A stretch of DNA of 64,000 bases, taken from positions 1 through 64,000 of the IMG/VR virus record IMGVR_UViG_3300017722_003538; one strand, 5' to 3'. Position numbers and translations under genes: made by a program. A model generated the notes under the pieces. The model worked only from the letters and a program-made list of their open reading frames with translations. It was not told the DNA's origin and ran no database searches. Positions 40,443 through 51,180 of this stretch are shown piece by piece; position 1 is the stretch's first letter; every line of letters starts with the position of its first letter. The DNA comes from a virus (Duplodnaviria > Caudoviricetes).

Positions 40443-42782
40443 ATGGCTATTAATATAAAAGAACTTTTTGTAACCGACCTGAATCCAAACAGTAACTTCT
40501 GGTGGTCTAGAGACAAAGTCGATAAGATTAATTATAATTTTAATCAGCTTTCAAATGGTGGTATGCCAGGCCCTCAGGGTACTATCGGAGTAGATGGAGG
40601 GTTTGGTCCTATAGGAAATCAAGGAGACACTGGGTATCAAGGACCTCAGGGATACCAGGGACCTCAAGGTGAGGGTAGTTTAAATGATTGGGTTTATTTT
40701 CCAGAATCCGGAGGTCTGCCGGGGTATTTATATCCTAGAAAAAATCCTGTTGGAATCGACCAAACCACACCAGTTGCCCTAAGAATAGGATATTTAGAAA
40801 ATCCACAAGACCCTGAGTACTTAGTAGGAGAAACACCTACTGATACTCCAATTCAAATTGTAAAAGCTCCAAATAGCTCTTGGGTTAATTTCAGAGTAGA
40901 AGACAATAATAATATAAATGGTTACAGTTTCAGTTTTAAAGGTTCTGACTTAAACCCTGAATTTGAAATTTCTCCAAATATGAGCGGTGCCCGATTTCAA
41001 ATTATTTGGAATGCTCAAACTATAGTATTGAGAACTGGAACCAACCCTAATTCATTAATTGATTCGATTAAGATTACTGATTCTCAAATTACTATCAATG
41101 GACCGATATTTAATTTAAGTAATGTTTTAGGTAAATTTACAAAATCTGAAGACGAATTTAGATATACACCAGGAGCTAATATAAATAAAGTTCTAGTTTC
41201 AATAAATGCAAATGGTGATGTTGAGTGGAAAAATATTAAGGATGTTTTTGGGACATTTCCAATTGGTTCTATAATTTCAATTAGAGAGAGTGAATTTATA
41301 CCTGCTCATTTTTGGTTAAATGATTCTATTAATGTAACATCAGGTTCTCCATTAAATAATATTTATGGACGAGGAAAGGCAGGTACTGATTATGAAGGAT
41401 GGTACCTTTGTAATGGAGAGACTTGGGAAACAGAACAAGGGTTTAACCAAACACTAACACCAAATCTAAATAATTTTAGTTATACTATAGATGCAAATGG
41501 AGATGTACAAAATCTAATTACCGTCCCTGAAGATAACCCAGTTTTAATCGGTGGATATGACCTGAGAATTGCAGTAATACCAGATATGAATGGACTATAT
41601 GATGTTCAATATACTACTCCATTCCTATCTAATAATACTTCTCCTGGAAATAACACGATTTCTATGGAAACAGCAACCGGAGGTGCGCATTATACAAGTC
41701 GAATGATTCATCTTGTTTATCTAGAAAGAACAGATTTAAAATGGTCAAATACCGGAGTTTTTGCACCGCCTGTTTCTACAACTCAAATTCTTTTAACTCA
41801 ACCTCAAAATTTAATACTGTGTGATGAAGCACCTGGTTTTGATTACAGTTGGACCGGTCCTAACCCATTAGTTTGGAATACATTTTCACCTCTTTCCTTA
41901 TATAGTCTATTTAATTTAGGTACCACAAATTTTGCTCCGGCTGGATGGTATATTAATATCGATGGATATCCAATATACTGGAATGGTACAAACTTTACAC
42001 AAAGAGGAACTACATGTATCAGTGCACCACCACCTGATCCTAATACCACACCTAATCTTACATATAGTTTATTAGTAGATGACTTAAATGGACCAGTGCC
42101 TGGCTTTGGTGGTGACCTTCTATATCTAGATACAACTTCAACTGTGGGTGCACATGTAAGTTTAGCATTGGCAACAGGTTTATTCTGGTCCGATGACCAA
42201 ACAGTATATCCAACTGGAGACCCTGCACCTACTGGATGGTATCGAGATGTAGATACTGGACTTAGAAGATATTGGAATCAAGGTACACAAAGTTTTGAAG
42301 GTGTTTCATTTAATCAAGATTATGTTAATAGAGTTCGATTTGAATTTGGTGAATTTAGTCCAGGTTACAACAATGCGCTAGGAAACCAAACAACTTTTGA
42401 CTCAAATGGAAATCCGGTTACTACTAGTATTTGTAACCAAGAACAAGAGATACATCTAACATATGTTGCAGGAAACTTAAATTTACTTAATAGTACAGGG
42501 GTAATTACCCACACAAATAATGTTAGAAATTACCAAAATAATCTGGGACTTTACCAAAATCCTCCAGCCAACGGTACAGGTCTATTTGTTACAGTTCAAT
42601 GGCAAACGCCGATGATGGATATTAACGGTGAAGTAGTAAATACTCCACCTTTGATAAATGTAAAAGACCAAAATAGACCATTTGCAACAAATAAATATAC
42701 TAAAGTCTATATGGATGGATCCGATTATGGTACAATAGCATCGACGACTGGTAAAATACAAAATATCTTGGGTTGTCCTTAA
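40443..42782 (+). CDS. tail fibre protein with collagen-like repeat and collar domain (paralogue 1)
   Basis: DKINYNFNQL anchor, GXY repeat (GPQG...), PIGSIIS...GWYLCNG...PNL collar. Confidence 0.75.
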   Translation: MAINIKELFVTDLNPNSNFWWSRDKVDKINYNFNQLSNGGMPGPQGTIGVDGGFGPIGNQGDTGYQGPQGYQGPQGEGSLNDWVYFPESGGLPGYLYPRKNPVGIDQTTPVALRIGYLENPQDPEYLVGETPTDTPIQIVKAPNSSWVNFRVEDNNNINGYSFSFKGSDLNPEFEISPNMSGARFQIIWNAQTIVLRTGTNPNSLIDSIKITDSQITINGPIFNLSNVLGKFTKSEDEFRYTPGANINKVLVSINANGDVEWKNIKDVFGTFPIGSIISIRESEFIPAHFWLNDSINVTSGSPLNNIYGRGKAGTDYEGWYLCNGETWETEQGFNQTLTPNLNNFSYTIDANGDVQNLITVPEDNPVLIGGYDLRIAVIPDMNGLYDVQYTTPFLSNNTSPGNNTISMETATGGAHYTSRMIHLVYLERTDLKWSNTGVFAPPVSTTQILLTQPQNLILCDEAPGFDYSWTGPNPLVWNTFSPLSLYSLFNLGTTNFAPAGWYINIDGYPIYWNGTNFTQRGTTCISAPPPDPNTTPNLTYSLLVDDLNGPVPGFGGDLLYLDTTSTVGAHVSLALATGLFWSDDQTVYPTGDPAPTGWYRDVDTGLRRYWNQGTQSFEGVSFNQDYVNRVRFEFGEFSPGYNNALGNQTTFDSNGNPVTTSICNQEQEIHLTYVAGNLNLLNSTGVITHTNNVRNYQNNLGLYQNPPANGTGLFVTVQWQTPMMDINGEVVNTPPLINVKDQNRPFATNKYTKVYMDGSDYGTIASTTGKIQNILGCP

Positions 42783-42803
42783 TTAAAATAATATATAGTC
42801 TAT

Positions 42804-44189
42804 ATGACAATTAACCTTAAACAAATAAGAGTATTAGATACTAATAATATCAAGCTTGACAAAATTAATTATAATTTTGACCAGTTAATTGTCAATGGTG
42901 GAGGTCCTAAAGGTTACAATGGTCCAGATGGACCACTAGGTCCTCAAGGATTTCAAGGAGCATTAGGTAATCAAGGAGATAGAGGACCTCAAGGACCTCA
43001 AGGACCAGATGCATCGTCTTCATCTTCATATTGGGATGTTGTTCCTCAAAATTTAACAACTGGAGATGTTGCGGCAACCCTATTTTCAAAGCATCCTATC
43101 GGATCGCCAACCCCAACCTTTCCAACAGTTGTCGGTGCTGGTTATATAGATTCAGAAAACGGATATGATGCAATACCGAGTCCAAATAATGGTTTACCTA
43201 ATTATCAATGGATTATTAATAGAAGGAGTGCTAAAGTTTCTAGTAATTTAAGATTCACAAGTGCTGGAGTTATAGGGAATGCATTTGATATTACAATGGA
43301 TAATTCTGCGCCAATATCATCTCCAACAACATACAAACTGCGTTTAGGTTTTATTAATGATACCATAGACTCTCAATTAAATTTACAAGCTAAAGAACAT
43401 ATTATTAGAAGTGTTACTGGAACTGGAGCCGATTTATTAAAGGTTTCAAATACGGGTGGAGAGATTAATGTCGATACTGTTTTTGAAAATCCAGTTAAAT
43501 TAAATCAGCAATTAACTGTTAAAAATTCTGGTGAGGGTGTTAACAAAGTTGCAGCTGCGATTGATAGTACAGGAGAGATAGAATTTAAAACAACAGCAGA
43601 ACTTGGAGGTTCCGTTAAAATCGGTACAATAATTTCTATATTGCCTTCAATATTTAGCGACTCATCAAAATTTGTATGTGCTCAAACAATAGATTCAAGT
43701 ACTGACCCAAATAATCCATTAAAAATAAGGATGGGCGCCGGTCTTGGAGATTATGCAGGTTGGTATGTTTGTAATGGACAATCATGGACAGATGGAAGCA
43801 GTTCTGGAACATTAGTTCCAGACCTTAATTCATTTTCATACCAAATTGTTTCGAATCCGATTACTGATAATTTGAATAGTCAAGGTACAGTTAACGTAAC
43901 CAATGATGAAGTTCATCTAATTGGAGGAGCTAATATTGAAGTTGTCGTAGACCAGACTAACCCACCAGGATCGAGTAGTGCGATGTATGTCAATACTCTT
44001 GATGATAACTCATTTGACCCAGAAATCGCAACAAATACTGCAGGAAACATATTCAATATTAAAAAGCTTCCTCAAATTATTTATCTAGGATCCACAAATT
44101 TATATTGGTCACAATTAGGAACCGGACAACTTACAACATCAGATTATAATTCATCTGATTATAATGTTGCAGATTTTGACGCATCTTAA
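42804..44189 (+). CDS. tail fibre protein with collagen-like repeat and collar domain (paralogue 2)
   Basis: DKINYNFDQL, GXY repeat, IGTIIS...GWYVCNG...PDL. Confidence 0.75.
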   Translation: MTINLKQIRVLDTNNIKLDKINYNFDQLIVNGGGPKGYNGPDGPLGPQGFQGALGNQGDRGPQGPQGPDASSSSSYWDVVPQNLTTGDVAATLFSKHPIGSPTPTFPTVVGAGYIDSENGYDAIPSPNNGLPNYQWIINRRSAKVSSNLRFTSAGVIGNAFDITMDNSAPISSPTTYKLRLGFINDTIDSQLNLQAKEHIIRSVTGTGADLLKVSNTGGEINVDTVFENPVKLNQQLTVKNSGEGVNKVAAAIDSTGEIEFKTTAELGGSVKIGTIISILPSIFSDSSKFVCAQTIDSSTDPNNPLKIRMGAGLGDYAGWYVCNGQSWTDGSSSGTLVPDLNSFSYQIVSNPITDNLNSQGTVNVTNDEVHLIGGANIEVVVDQTNPPGSSSAMYVNTLDDNSFDPEIATNTAGNIFNIKKLPQIIYLGSTNLYWSQLGTGQLTTSDYNSSDYNVADFDAS

Positions 44190-44213
44190 AAATAAAAAAT
44201 AAAAATTTAAAAC

Positions 44214-44876
44214 ATGGCAACATACAATTCAGTACTAACATTAATCCAAACCTTATTACAAACTAATAGTGATATAACAGCGACTGAACATCGACAGGTT
44301 GAAGAGGCTATTTTAACTTTTGCTAGAGACCAATGGTTAACTGGAGATATAAAAGAAGTCGATTGCGATAACGCGTATATTGCACAAAATTTCGACAACA
44401 CTGGAAAAGGAATAGTAGGTGGAGAAAGAGAGGGCTGGGCAATATGCAACGGACAAAATGGAACAAAAAACCGAACAGGTTTGGTTTCTGTAGCTTATGG
44501 CTTAACTGCTCCTACACTAAATTCGGCAGCATTTCCAAGCATAGAAAGTGCACTTACACCAGGAGCTCCTAGGTATGGAGGTAATAAAAATGCGATATTG
44601 ATTTCGCATAAACATGATTCTGTGGTATTTAGCAATTTAGCTGGTAATAAAACTTTAGCTAATAATGCAGGAAATGGCGCGCCACAACTGTCACAAACCG
44701 TTCACATGACCACAACCAACGTAAACGCTAATTCTCCAGCAAACGTAACATCTGTAAACGGAATAACAAATACCGTTAATGATGTTTTCATCGAATCATC
44801 AACAGTAACCGGTGTCGATAAAAACATGCAACCATACATAGTTACCCTATTTATTCAAAAAATACCAAACCCATAA
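44214..44876 (+). CDS. short fibre / collar-domain protein
   Basis: GWAICNGQNGT, HKH, C-terminal NMQPYIVTLFIQK typical of gp10/gp12-like tips. Confidence 0.7.
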   Translation: MATYNSVLTLIQTLLQTNSDITATEHRQVEEAILTFARDQWLTGDIKEVDCDNAYIAQNFDNTGKGIVGGEREGWAICNGQNGTKNRTGLVSVAYGLTAPTLNSAAFPSIESALTPGAPRYGGNKNAILISHKHDSVVFSNLAGNKTLANNAGNGAPQLSQTVHMTTTNVNANSPANVTSVNGITNTVNDVFIESSTVTGVDKNMQPYIVTLFIQKIPNP

Positions 44877-44919
44877 TACCTTCTAAAAATTAGAATATAT
44901 AATCTAAATATAGATAGGT

Positions 44920-47367
44920 ATGCCAATTACTCTCAAACATATAAACTACTCAGATTCTGACACTATTAAACTTGACAAAGTCAATTATAATTTTGATCAG
45001 TTAGTCGCAAATGGAGGAGGACCCTTGGGGCCTCAAGGTGCTATAGGACAGAGTGGACCTCAGGGTACAACCGGACAACAAGGATTTCAAGGACCTATAG
45101 GAGACATTGGAAACCAAGGTACTCCAGGTCCTGTTACAGATAATTACTGGTACAAACCACCAACATCAATTATTTTATTACCAACAAGCTCTACTGTTGA
45201 TTATATAGTTCCAGTCTATACACCGCTAGACCAATTTGCACCTGTTGTAAATATTGGGTATATTGATACAGAGGCCCAGTACGGAACAAAAGAGGCTCTT
45301 GTTGGAGGAAAAACCCCATATCAATGGTTAATTAATCGAAAAGCATATTCAAGTTCAAATTTAACACTATTAAATGGTGATTCTCTTGGAAACGGTATTG
45401 ATTTTAAATTAGAAAAAAGTCTAGGAAAGGACAAATTAACTATAGGTTTTATTAATTATAGTAATTCTACAAAAAGTATTTATAAGGCAGCTATAACATT
45501 TTTTAAAGGTACTAACATTTCGTCAGATACCTTAGTAGTTGATGATGGTTCTGCTAAATTTAGAACAAATACAGAAATTAATTCACCTGTTATTGTTCAT
45601 CGAAGGTTAATTATTCAAGATCCAACAGCAGGTACTAATAAAATTGTTATTTCAGAAGACTCAACGGGTCTTGCTAAATTTAAAAGTGTGCAAGAACTTG
45701 GAGGAACTGTTCCATACGGTACTATAGTTTCAATATTACCTTCTGTATTTTTAAATAACAATAATTTTATTAACAGCGAAACTGTTAACCCTGGATCTGG
45801 TGTTGTCACTATATCAGTAGGTAAAGGAGTTAACAATTATGATGGATGGTATCTTTGTCACGGCAAGGACTGGACCGACGGTACACCTGCAGGAACATAT
45901 CCAGTTCCTATGTTAGGAAATTTTAACTATGCTATAGAAGATAATCCATTTTCAACGGATCCATCTAGTCAAGGTGGTAAAACTACTTCAAATTTTAGAA
46001 CGCATATTACTGGAGGTTCTGATATAGATATGACCGCGACTTCGGCTCCGGGAATGGTTTATAATATTACATCTACTGTTAGTACATCAACAGTTCAGGT
46101 AGGTCCTGGTAGCGGATCAATTTATAAAATTAAACAACTACCTCAAATTATTTATTTGGGTAGAAGTGATTTATATTGGTTTGACCCTGGAAGCGGACAA
46201 GCGCCTTCAGTACCAGTATCGTGGTTATTAGATGATTCAAACCCAAACCCATCAAAATTAAACCCGGATCCTTACCCATTAGGTACAGTAGGAAATCAAC
46301 CTGAAGGTGCTTCATATTCTTTTGCATCTGAAGTTGAGACTCCAAATGGATATTACTGGGAGAGAGTGCCAACCCCTGGAGATATTACCGGAGTTCCAAC
46401 GTGGGCTACAATTACTAGTATATCTTTAGTTCCAGGTCAGGGAGCATATCCAACGAGAATTGCAATAAGTATTAGTGTAAGTTCGCATCCAGCAGCTTCG
46501 CAAAATCAATCACCAGTAAACTTAGGTATTAATACAAACCAATCTGGTAATGTTTTTATTGAACCAGCTACTGTACAAATAACACTTGTTAGACAAGACC
46601 TTGGAACACAATATTATACATGTTCTACACCAAATACAACAGCTATACAATACAATTTTAATACAGGTTATAATTATCAATTAGTATTTACAGCAGCGGC
46701 AGGACAAAAATTTTACAATTCTCAATTTCAAGGTATATTTTCCGGAGTTTCCTATACTGGAGGGATATTTTTTGCGCCACCCTTAGGAGCTGGTGTTATA
46801 ACTATTTTAAATTGGGCGGTATCAAATAATGATACAACTTTAACCGTAAACCTTAAATTAGATCAAGTCCCACTTACTGGTTATTTAACAACACAGGGAT
46901 ATGCAATAACAGCCGTTACATATCCTACTGCCCCAAGAATTACTACTCCAATTAACGCTATTGCTGAAATTACATCATCAAATGGAACAGGAATAGTTAC
47001 TAAAAATCTTGCAATTGACAATGGAACCGGAGCTCCTGTTTATTTATGGATTGGAATATATCAATTTTATACAGGAAGCGGAATTAATGCAGCAGTAAAT
47101 GCAGAAGCTAGCTTTACATATATAGATCCATTTCTAGGATTTCCATCTACTCAAACAATATCGGTTAGTGCACCTGCAACAACAACAAACACTCAATATT
47201 ATAGTACTAATTCGTATCAATTAGGAGGAGGAGTTTTTAATATCCAATCAGTTACTTCTGCTTTTAAAAGATTTGCAACAAGCGATGGCGGTCATACCGT
47301 AAAATTATTTTGGTCTACTTCTAGTTCGCCAACAGCACCAAAAACACAACTTATATATAGCCCATGA
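44920..47367 (+). CDS. tail fibre protein with collagen-like repeat and collar domain (paralogue 3)
   Basis: DKVNYNFDQL, GXY repeat, PYGTIVS...GWYLCHG...PML; distinct C-terminal region. Confidence 0.75.
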   Translation: MPITLKHINYSDSDTIKLDKVNYNFDQLVANGGGPLGPQGAIGQSGPQGTTGQQGFQGPIGDIGNQGTPGPVTDNYWYKPPTSIILLPTSSTVDYIVPVYTPLDQFAPVVNIGYIDTEAQYGTKEALVGGKTPYQWLINRKAYSSSNLTLLNGDSLGNGIDFKLEKSLGKDKLTIGFINYSNSTKSIYKAAITFFKGTNISSDTLVVDDGSAKFRTNTEINSPVIVHRRLIIQDPTAGTNKIVISEDSTGLAKFKSVQELGGTVPYGTIVSILPSVFLNNNNFINSETVNPGSGVVTISVGKGVNNYDGWYLCHGKDWTDGTPAGTYPVPMLGNFNYAIEDNPFSTDPSSQGGKTTSNFRTHITGGSDIDMTATSAPGMVYNITSTVSTSTVQVGPGSGSIYKIKQLPQIIYLGRSDLYWFDPGSGQAPSVPVSWLLDDSNPNPSKLNPDPYPLGTVGNQPEGASYSFASEVETPNGYYWERVPTPGDITGVPTWATITSISLVPGQGAYPTRIAISISVSSHPAASQNQSPVNLGINTNQSGNVFIEPATVQITLVRQDLGTQYYTCSTPNTTAIQYNFNTGYNYQLVFTAAAGQKFYNSQFQGIFSGVSYTGGIFFAPPLGAGVITILNWAVSNNDTTLTVNLKLDQVPLTGYLTTQGYAITAVTYPTAPRITTPINAIAEITSSNGTGIVTKNLAIDNGTGAPVYLWIGIYQFYTGSGINAAVNAEASFTYIDPFLGFPSTQTISVSAPATTTNTQYYSTNSYQLGGGVFNIQSVTSAFKRFATSDGGHTVKLFWSTSSSPTAPKTQLIYSP

Positions 47368-48179
47368 TAGACTTTAAAAAATACATACCGACAAACCGAA
47401 ACATTATCCTATTTGGAGCCATAGTAATATTGGTTTTATTACTAATGCAACAATGTGATAGAAATGCAACTCTTAAAGAGGAAGCCACAACTGCTCAAGG
47501 GATTGCAACCCGAAATTTTAACAATTATAAAGCGTCACAAGATACTATTAAGTTTGAAAGAAACAAGAATGGTCAATTAGTTGCTATTAAATTGGCTTAT
47601 GAATTTGATATTAATACTCTAACCGCTGAAAATAAGAGGGTTATTGGTGATTATCAAAGGGCTCTAGGTCTTAATAAAGACCTTAAGGGTGTAAATTCAC
47701 TCTTAAGAGCCGAAATCAAAATCAAAGATTCTATCATTAATGCCCGAAGTTCAGTTGCAACTACAAGTGATTCAACTGCTACCGTTTCGATTAGTGATGA
47801 AAAAAAATGGGATAAATATAATTGGAGAACCTTTAATGGAACTGTTGACCTTTTAAGGGATAAAAAGACAAACACCATTAGTGTTGTTTCAAATAAATTT
47901 AACTTTGAGCAAGGAATTGAACTTAAGGCTGCAATTATAAACGAAGAGGGTATTAACAAGTTAAAAATTACATCACCTTCCCCTGGAGTTCTATTTACTA
48001 ATATTGAAAATATTAACCTGGTTAACGACAAACTGAACCAAAAACATGAAAAAAAGGCAGGTTGGTCTCTTGGAGTTGGAGTTGGTTATGGAATTAACCT
48101 CAACAATAATCAAGTAATTAGTATCGGACCATCGATAAATGTAGGACTTATATGGTCTCCAAAGTGGCTTAGGTTTTAA
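47364..48179 (+). CDS. putative spanin-like envelope protein
   Basis: N-terminal TM ending in QQC, coiled coil, C-terminal amphipathic beta hairpin GWSLGVGVGYG...GPSINVGLIW...F. Confidence 0.5.
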   Translation: MIDFKKYIPTNRNIILFGAIVILVLLLMQQCDRNATLKEEATTAQGIATRNFNNYKASQDTIKFERNKNGQLVAIKLAYEFDINTLTAENKRVIGDYQRALGLNKDLKGVNSLLRAEIKIKDSIINARSSVATTSDSTATVSISDEKKWDKYNWRTFNGTVDLLRDKKTNTISVVSNKFNFEQGIELKAAIINEEGINKLKITSPSPGVLFTNIENINLVNDKLNQKHEKKAGWSLGVGVGYGINLNNNQVISIGPSINVGLIWSPKWLRF

Positions 48180-48193
48180 AAAATTATAGAGTA

Positions 48194-50254
48194 ATGGCAA
48201 AATCATCAAGATTCGTTAAATTAGACGAAGACGTATTATTAGAATTCATGTATCATGACCAATCAGAACCTGATTTGGTTAAAATTGAGAATGACAATAA
48301 TGGAAGTCAAATCAAGTATTTAGATACAATTGATGGTGACACTAGTGCTTCGAGGTTTTTAATACATGAACTTGGATCAGATGTTGTAGAATTTACAGTG
48401 ACAACCTCGAATGGATTTGTTGTTATTAATAGTTTTGCATCTCGCGCCCTATTACTAAAAAATGGAAGTACTTATAAATTTGACCTAAGTGATGGTACTA
48501 TAAATAACCCAGCAGGATTTAATATTCCTGGTGGTGGAGGTTTTCTATCGGGAACGACATACATTTATACTCCAACAACTAATGGTAAATATGCATACAC
48601 TTATACCAATTTAGCAGGAGTTGAATTCTCTGGAGGAGAAATCCAAGTATCTGACCGTGCAAGTTCACTATTTTCAGTTCCTTTTGCAGAAACTGGAAAT
48701 GATATTAGAACCGCACCTGGACAGTCTGGAAGATACTATGCAGTTCCAACAGAAGAAGCAAGCACATGGGCCATTCTACAAAATAACCTTGATTATCTAG
48801 ATTCAACTGAATGGTTAGGAACCAATTCCAATGATTTACAACCCGTTGCTATTGGAGATGTTGCAGCAGTATGGTATGACACTATAAGATTACACTTAAG
48901 AACAGGGTACTCATTTAACGGTAGAGGATACGATGGATTCTTATTCCAAACCAAGGTTAAAAGAAACTCTGGAGTCTATAATTATTTTAATTCAACGGTT
49001 TATTTAAATCAGTCAAATTTTGAAATTCAAAACCCAAATCCATTTATATTAGGGGAGTCTTCATATTCTAAGTATATTGAAATCAAAGTACCTTCATTGG
49101 TTGATATGTTTTCAGTTGCTACAAATGAAGAATTTAAAGATACATTCTTTGCACCTTCAGGTGTTGATTCAATTCCACCAACCGCAAATTATGAATTTGA
49201 TTTTAAATTAATTGATAGTGTAGTTACTCTTAGTGGTTATGATTACATTAAATTAGCAGAAGGAAAATCGCTAACCCTAGCCCAAGAGGACGAATACGCT
49301 GATATCGTTGTTAATGTCGAACATGCAAATGATGGAGACTATTTTAAAATCTATGGTACTTATAATGGAGACCAAGCCGCTTTTGAAAATTATATAACAG
49401 GTAGAATTGCAACATCAGGAGATGACATTACTATATTTTATGAAGTTCAAGTTGCTGAACAGCTGGGTCTTAATTACATTAATACGTTCAATAATACATT
49501 TACACAAACTTCAAATTATGATGAGGCAATCGTATTTAGACCCGTTATTTTAAATTCATCAGTATCAAGTAACTTCTTGATAACTGTTAACATGAGAATT
49601 TATAACGAAACTGATAATACTCAAATTGTAAAAACCGCTTCTCTAATATATACACAACCTAAAAAGTACGGTAAAAAATTACTAAAACTGGCTCTTAATT
49701 CAAATTTTGCTCCAAGTGTAGTTTACAATACCCTACCAAATACAAGCGTTAACCGAGAATTGAATCAATTTGTAAATTCTATTCGACCTAGTGTTGGAGA
49801 AACTAAATATGTTCCTGTAGCCCTTGATACTTATAGAATTATGGGTGGAAGTACTCAAGTAACAGTTGATGGAGCCGCGGTAAATGATATAACTTCGATG
49901 GATTACAAAAAAGAGGGAGATGGAATTATTACACTTTCAAAAGTTTCTGATAATTACATTAAGTTTAAAGTTGCTCAACCTGACGGAGATTCTATGAAGA
50001 GTATTAGTCTTGTAAATGCCGAAGACCTAATACTTATTATTAAAAGTGGAACAATTGAACAACAAATATCGCACGACCCTAGTTTTCCAGGAGTGGACTT
50101 AGGAATCGGAGAAGTTTTCTTTAAAGTACCAAAAAGTGTAGCAGTCCGATTTGACCAAAGTGATACGAATCAAACGTCAGACAAATTTTATATTAACATT
50201 AAAAACGGAAGTACTGAATCACTATTGTACTACGGAACAGTAAACATCATATAA
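48194..50254 (+). CDS. virion structural protein
   Basis: 686 aa, beta-rich, in the structural operon. Confidence 0.5.
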   Translation: MAKSSRFVKLDEDVLLEFMYHDQSEPDLVKIENDNNGSQIKYLDTIDGDTSASRFLIHELGSDVVEFTVTTSNGFVVINSFASRALLLKNGSTYKFDLSDGTINNPAGFNIPGGGGFLSGTTYIYTPTTNGKYAYTYTNLAGVEFSGGEIQVSDRASSLFSVPFAETGNDIRTAPGQSGRYYAVPTEEASTWAILQNNLDYLDSTEWLGTNSNDLQPVAIGDVAAVWYDTIRLHLRTGYSFNGRGYDGFLFQTKVKRNSGVYNYFNSTVYLNQSNFEIQNPNPFILGESSYSKYIEIKVPSLVDMFSVATNEEFKDTFFAPSGVDSIPPTANYEFDFKLIDSVVTLSGYDYIKLAEGKSLTLAQEDEYADIVVNVEHANDGDYFKIYGTYNGDQAAFENYITGRIATSGDDITIFYEVQVAEQLGLNYINTFNNTFTQTSNYDEAIVFRPVILNSSVSSNFLITVNMRIYNETDNTQIVKTASLIYTQPKKYGKKLLKLALNSNFAPSVVYNTLPNTSVNRELNQFVNSIRPSVGETKYVPVALDTYRIMGGSTQVTVDGAAVNDITSMDYKKEGDGIITLSKVSDNYIKFKVAQPDGDSMKSISLVNAEDLILIIKSGTIEQQISHDPSFPGVDLGIGEVFFKVPKSVAVRFDQSDTNQTSDKFYINIKNGSTESLLYYGTVNII

Positions 50255-50808
50255 TGATATTAAATAGTAGAAATAATTTATTCAATTTTAAGTTTCCTAG
50301 GACTTTTATTCCTAAGGAGGTAGCTGAGAAATATCGAAAGTATTTGAATAGACTTCCAGGTAATTTAATTACTGAACCTATTGATTTTATAAATTACTCA
50401 ATTCAAGGTGTTGGTCTTCCAGGAATCAGTTTTGACCCAATCGAAACCTCACCAAATGACGGTACAATAACATATCATAGAGGTTCGATTCCAATACAAA
50501 ATACAATCGATAGACAGTTCAAAGTAACAATGCAACTCCTTGATGGTTATATAAATTATTGGATTATGCAGGACACCCTACTATATTACTATTCGAAGGG
50601 GGTTAAAGATCCGTTTATCAACGACATTAAACTTCAGATAATGGACGCAGAAGGAATTCACCTTATGAGCGCTGTTTTTGAAAAACCAATACTTAATTCA
50701 ATTTCAGACCTTGAGTTAAATATGAGTTCAAATATTGCAGAATTTACGACGTTTGAACTGAACTTTTATTATAATAAATTCGACATAACATTAGAAATAG
50801 ATAATTAA
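50254..50808 (+). CDS. tail tube / tail completion protein (T4 gp3/gp19 fold)
   Basis: SIQGVGLPGIS...FKVTMQL.D...NY...I.LQI.D...F.....SISDLEL...F.L.FYY pattern. Confidence 0.65.
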   Translation: MILNSRNNLFNFKFPRTFIPKEVAEKYRKYLNRLPGNLITEPIDFINYSIQGVGLPGISFDPIETSPNDGTITYHRGSIPIQNTIDRQFKVTMQLLDGYINYWIMQDTLLYYYSKGVKDPFINDIKLQIMDAEGIHLMSAVFEKPILNSISDLELNMSSNIAEFTTFELNFYYNKFDITLEIDN

Positions 50809-50809
50809 T

Positions 50810-51178
50810 ATGAAAACATTTTTAGATTACATAGCAGAACAGAACATAACTGAAAATGAGTTACAAGTACTGAACGAATCCCTTCAAACTGAATGGACCG
50901 AAGAACTTGAAGCGAAAGTTGACGCTGCTCTAGAACAATTTTCAAATACTTATAAAAATCCTGATGGAACCTATAATATCCAAGCGTTCAACGAAGAGAT
51001 TACTAACGAAGGTGTTTTAGGTAGTATCTTTGGAGGACTTGCAGGTTTTGCTCTTGGTAAAACTATTGGGAAAACTATTGCCAATATCTTGGGAATCCAA
51101 AGTGGTATAATGTATGACATGTTAACCTCAAGACTAGTAGGAGCCGCTCTTGGTTCTTCTCTTGGTAGTAGATTATAA
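50810..51178 (+). CDS. capsid-targeted protein with glycine-zipper C-terminus
   Basis: MKTFLDYIAE leader; GVLGSIFGGLAGFALG...VGAALGSSLG. Confidence 0.65.
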   Translation: MKTFLDYIAEQNITENELQVLNESLQTEWTEELEAKVDAALEQFSNTYKNPDGTYNIQAFNEEITNEGVLGSIFGGLAGFALGKTIGKTIANILGIQSGIMYDMLTSRLVGAALGSSLGSRL

Positions 51179-51180
51179 AT

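Noticed and set aside
40443-47367. Diversity-generating retroelement acting on the fibres
   Set aside because: No reverse transcriptase and no adenine-specific TR/VR pair noticed; the similarity is ancient paralogy at the N-termini.
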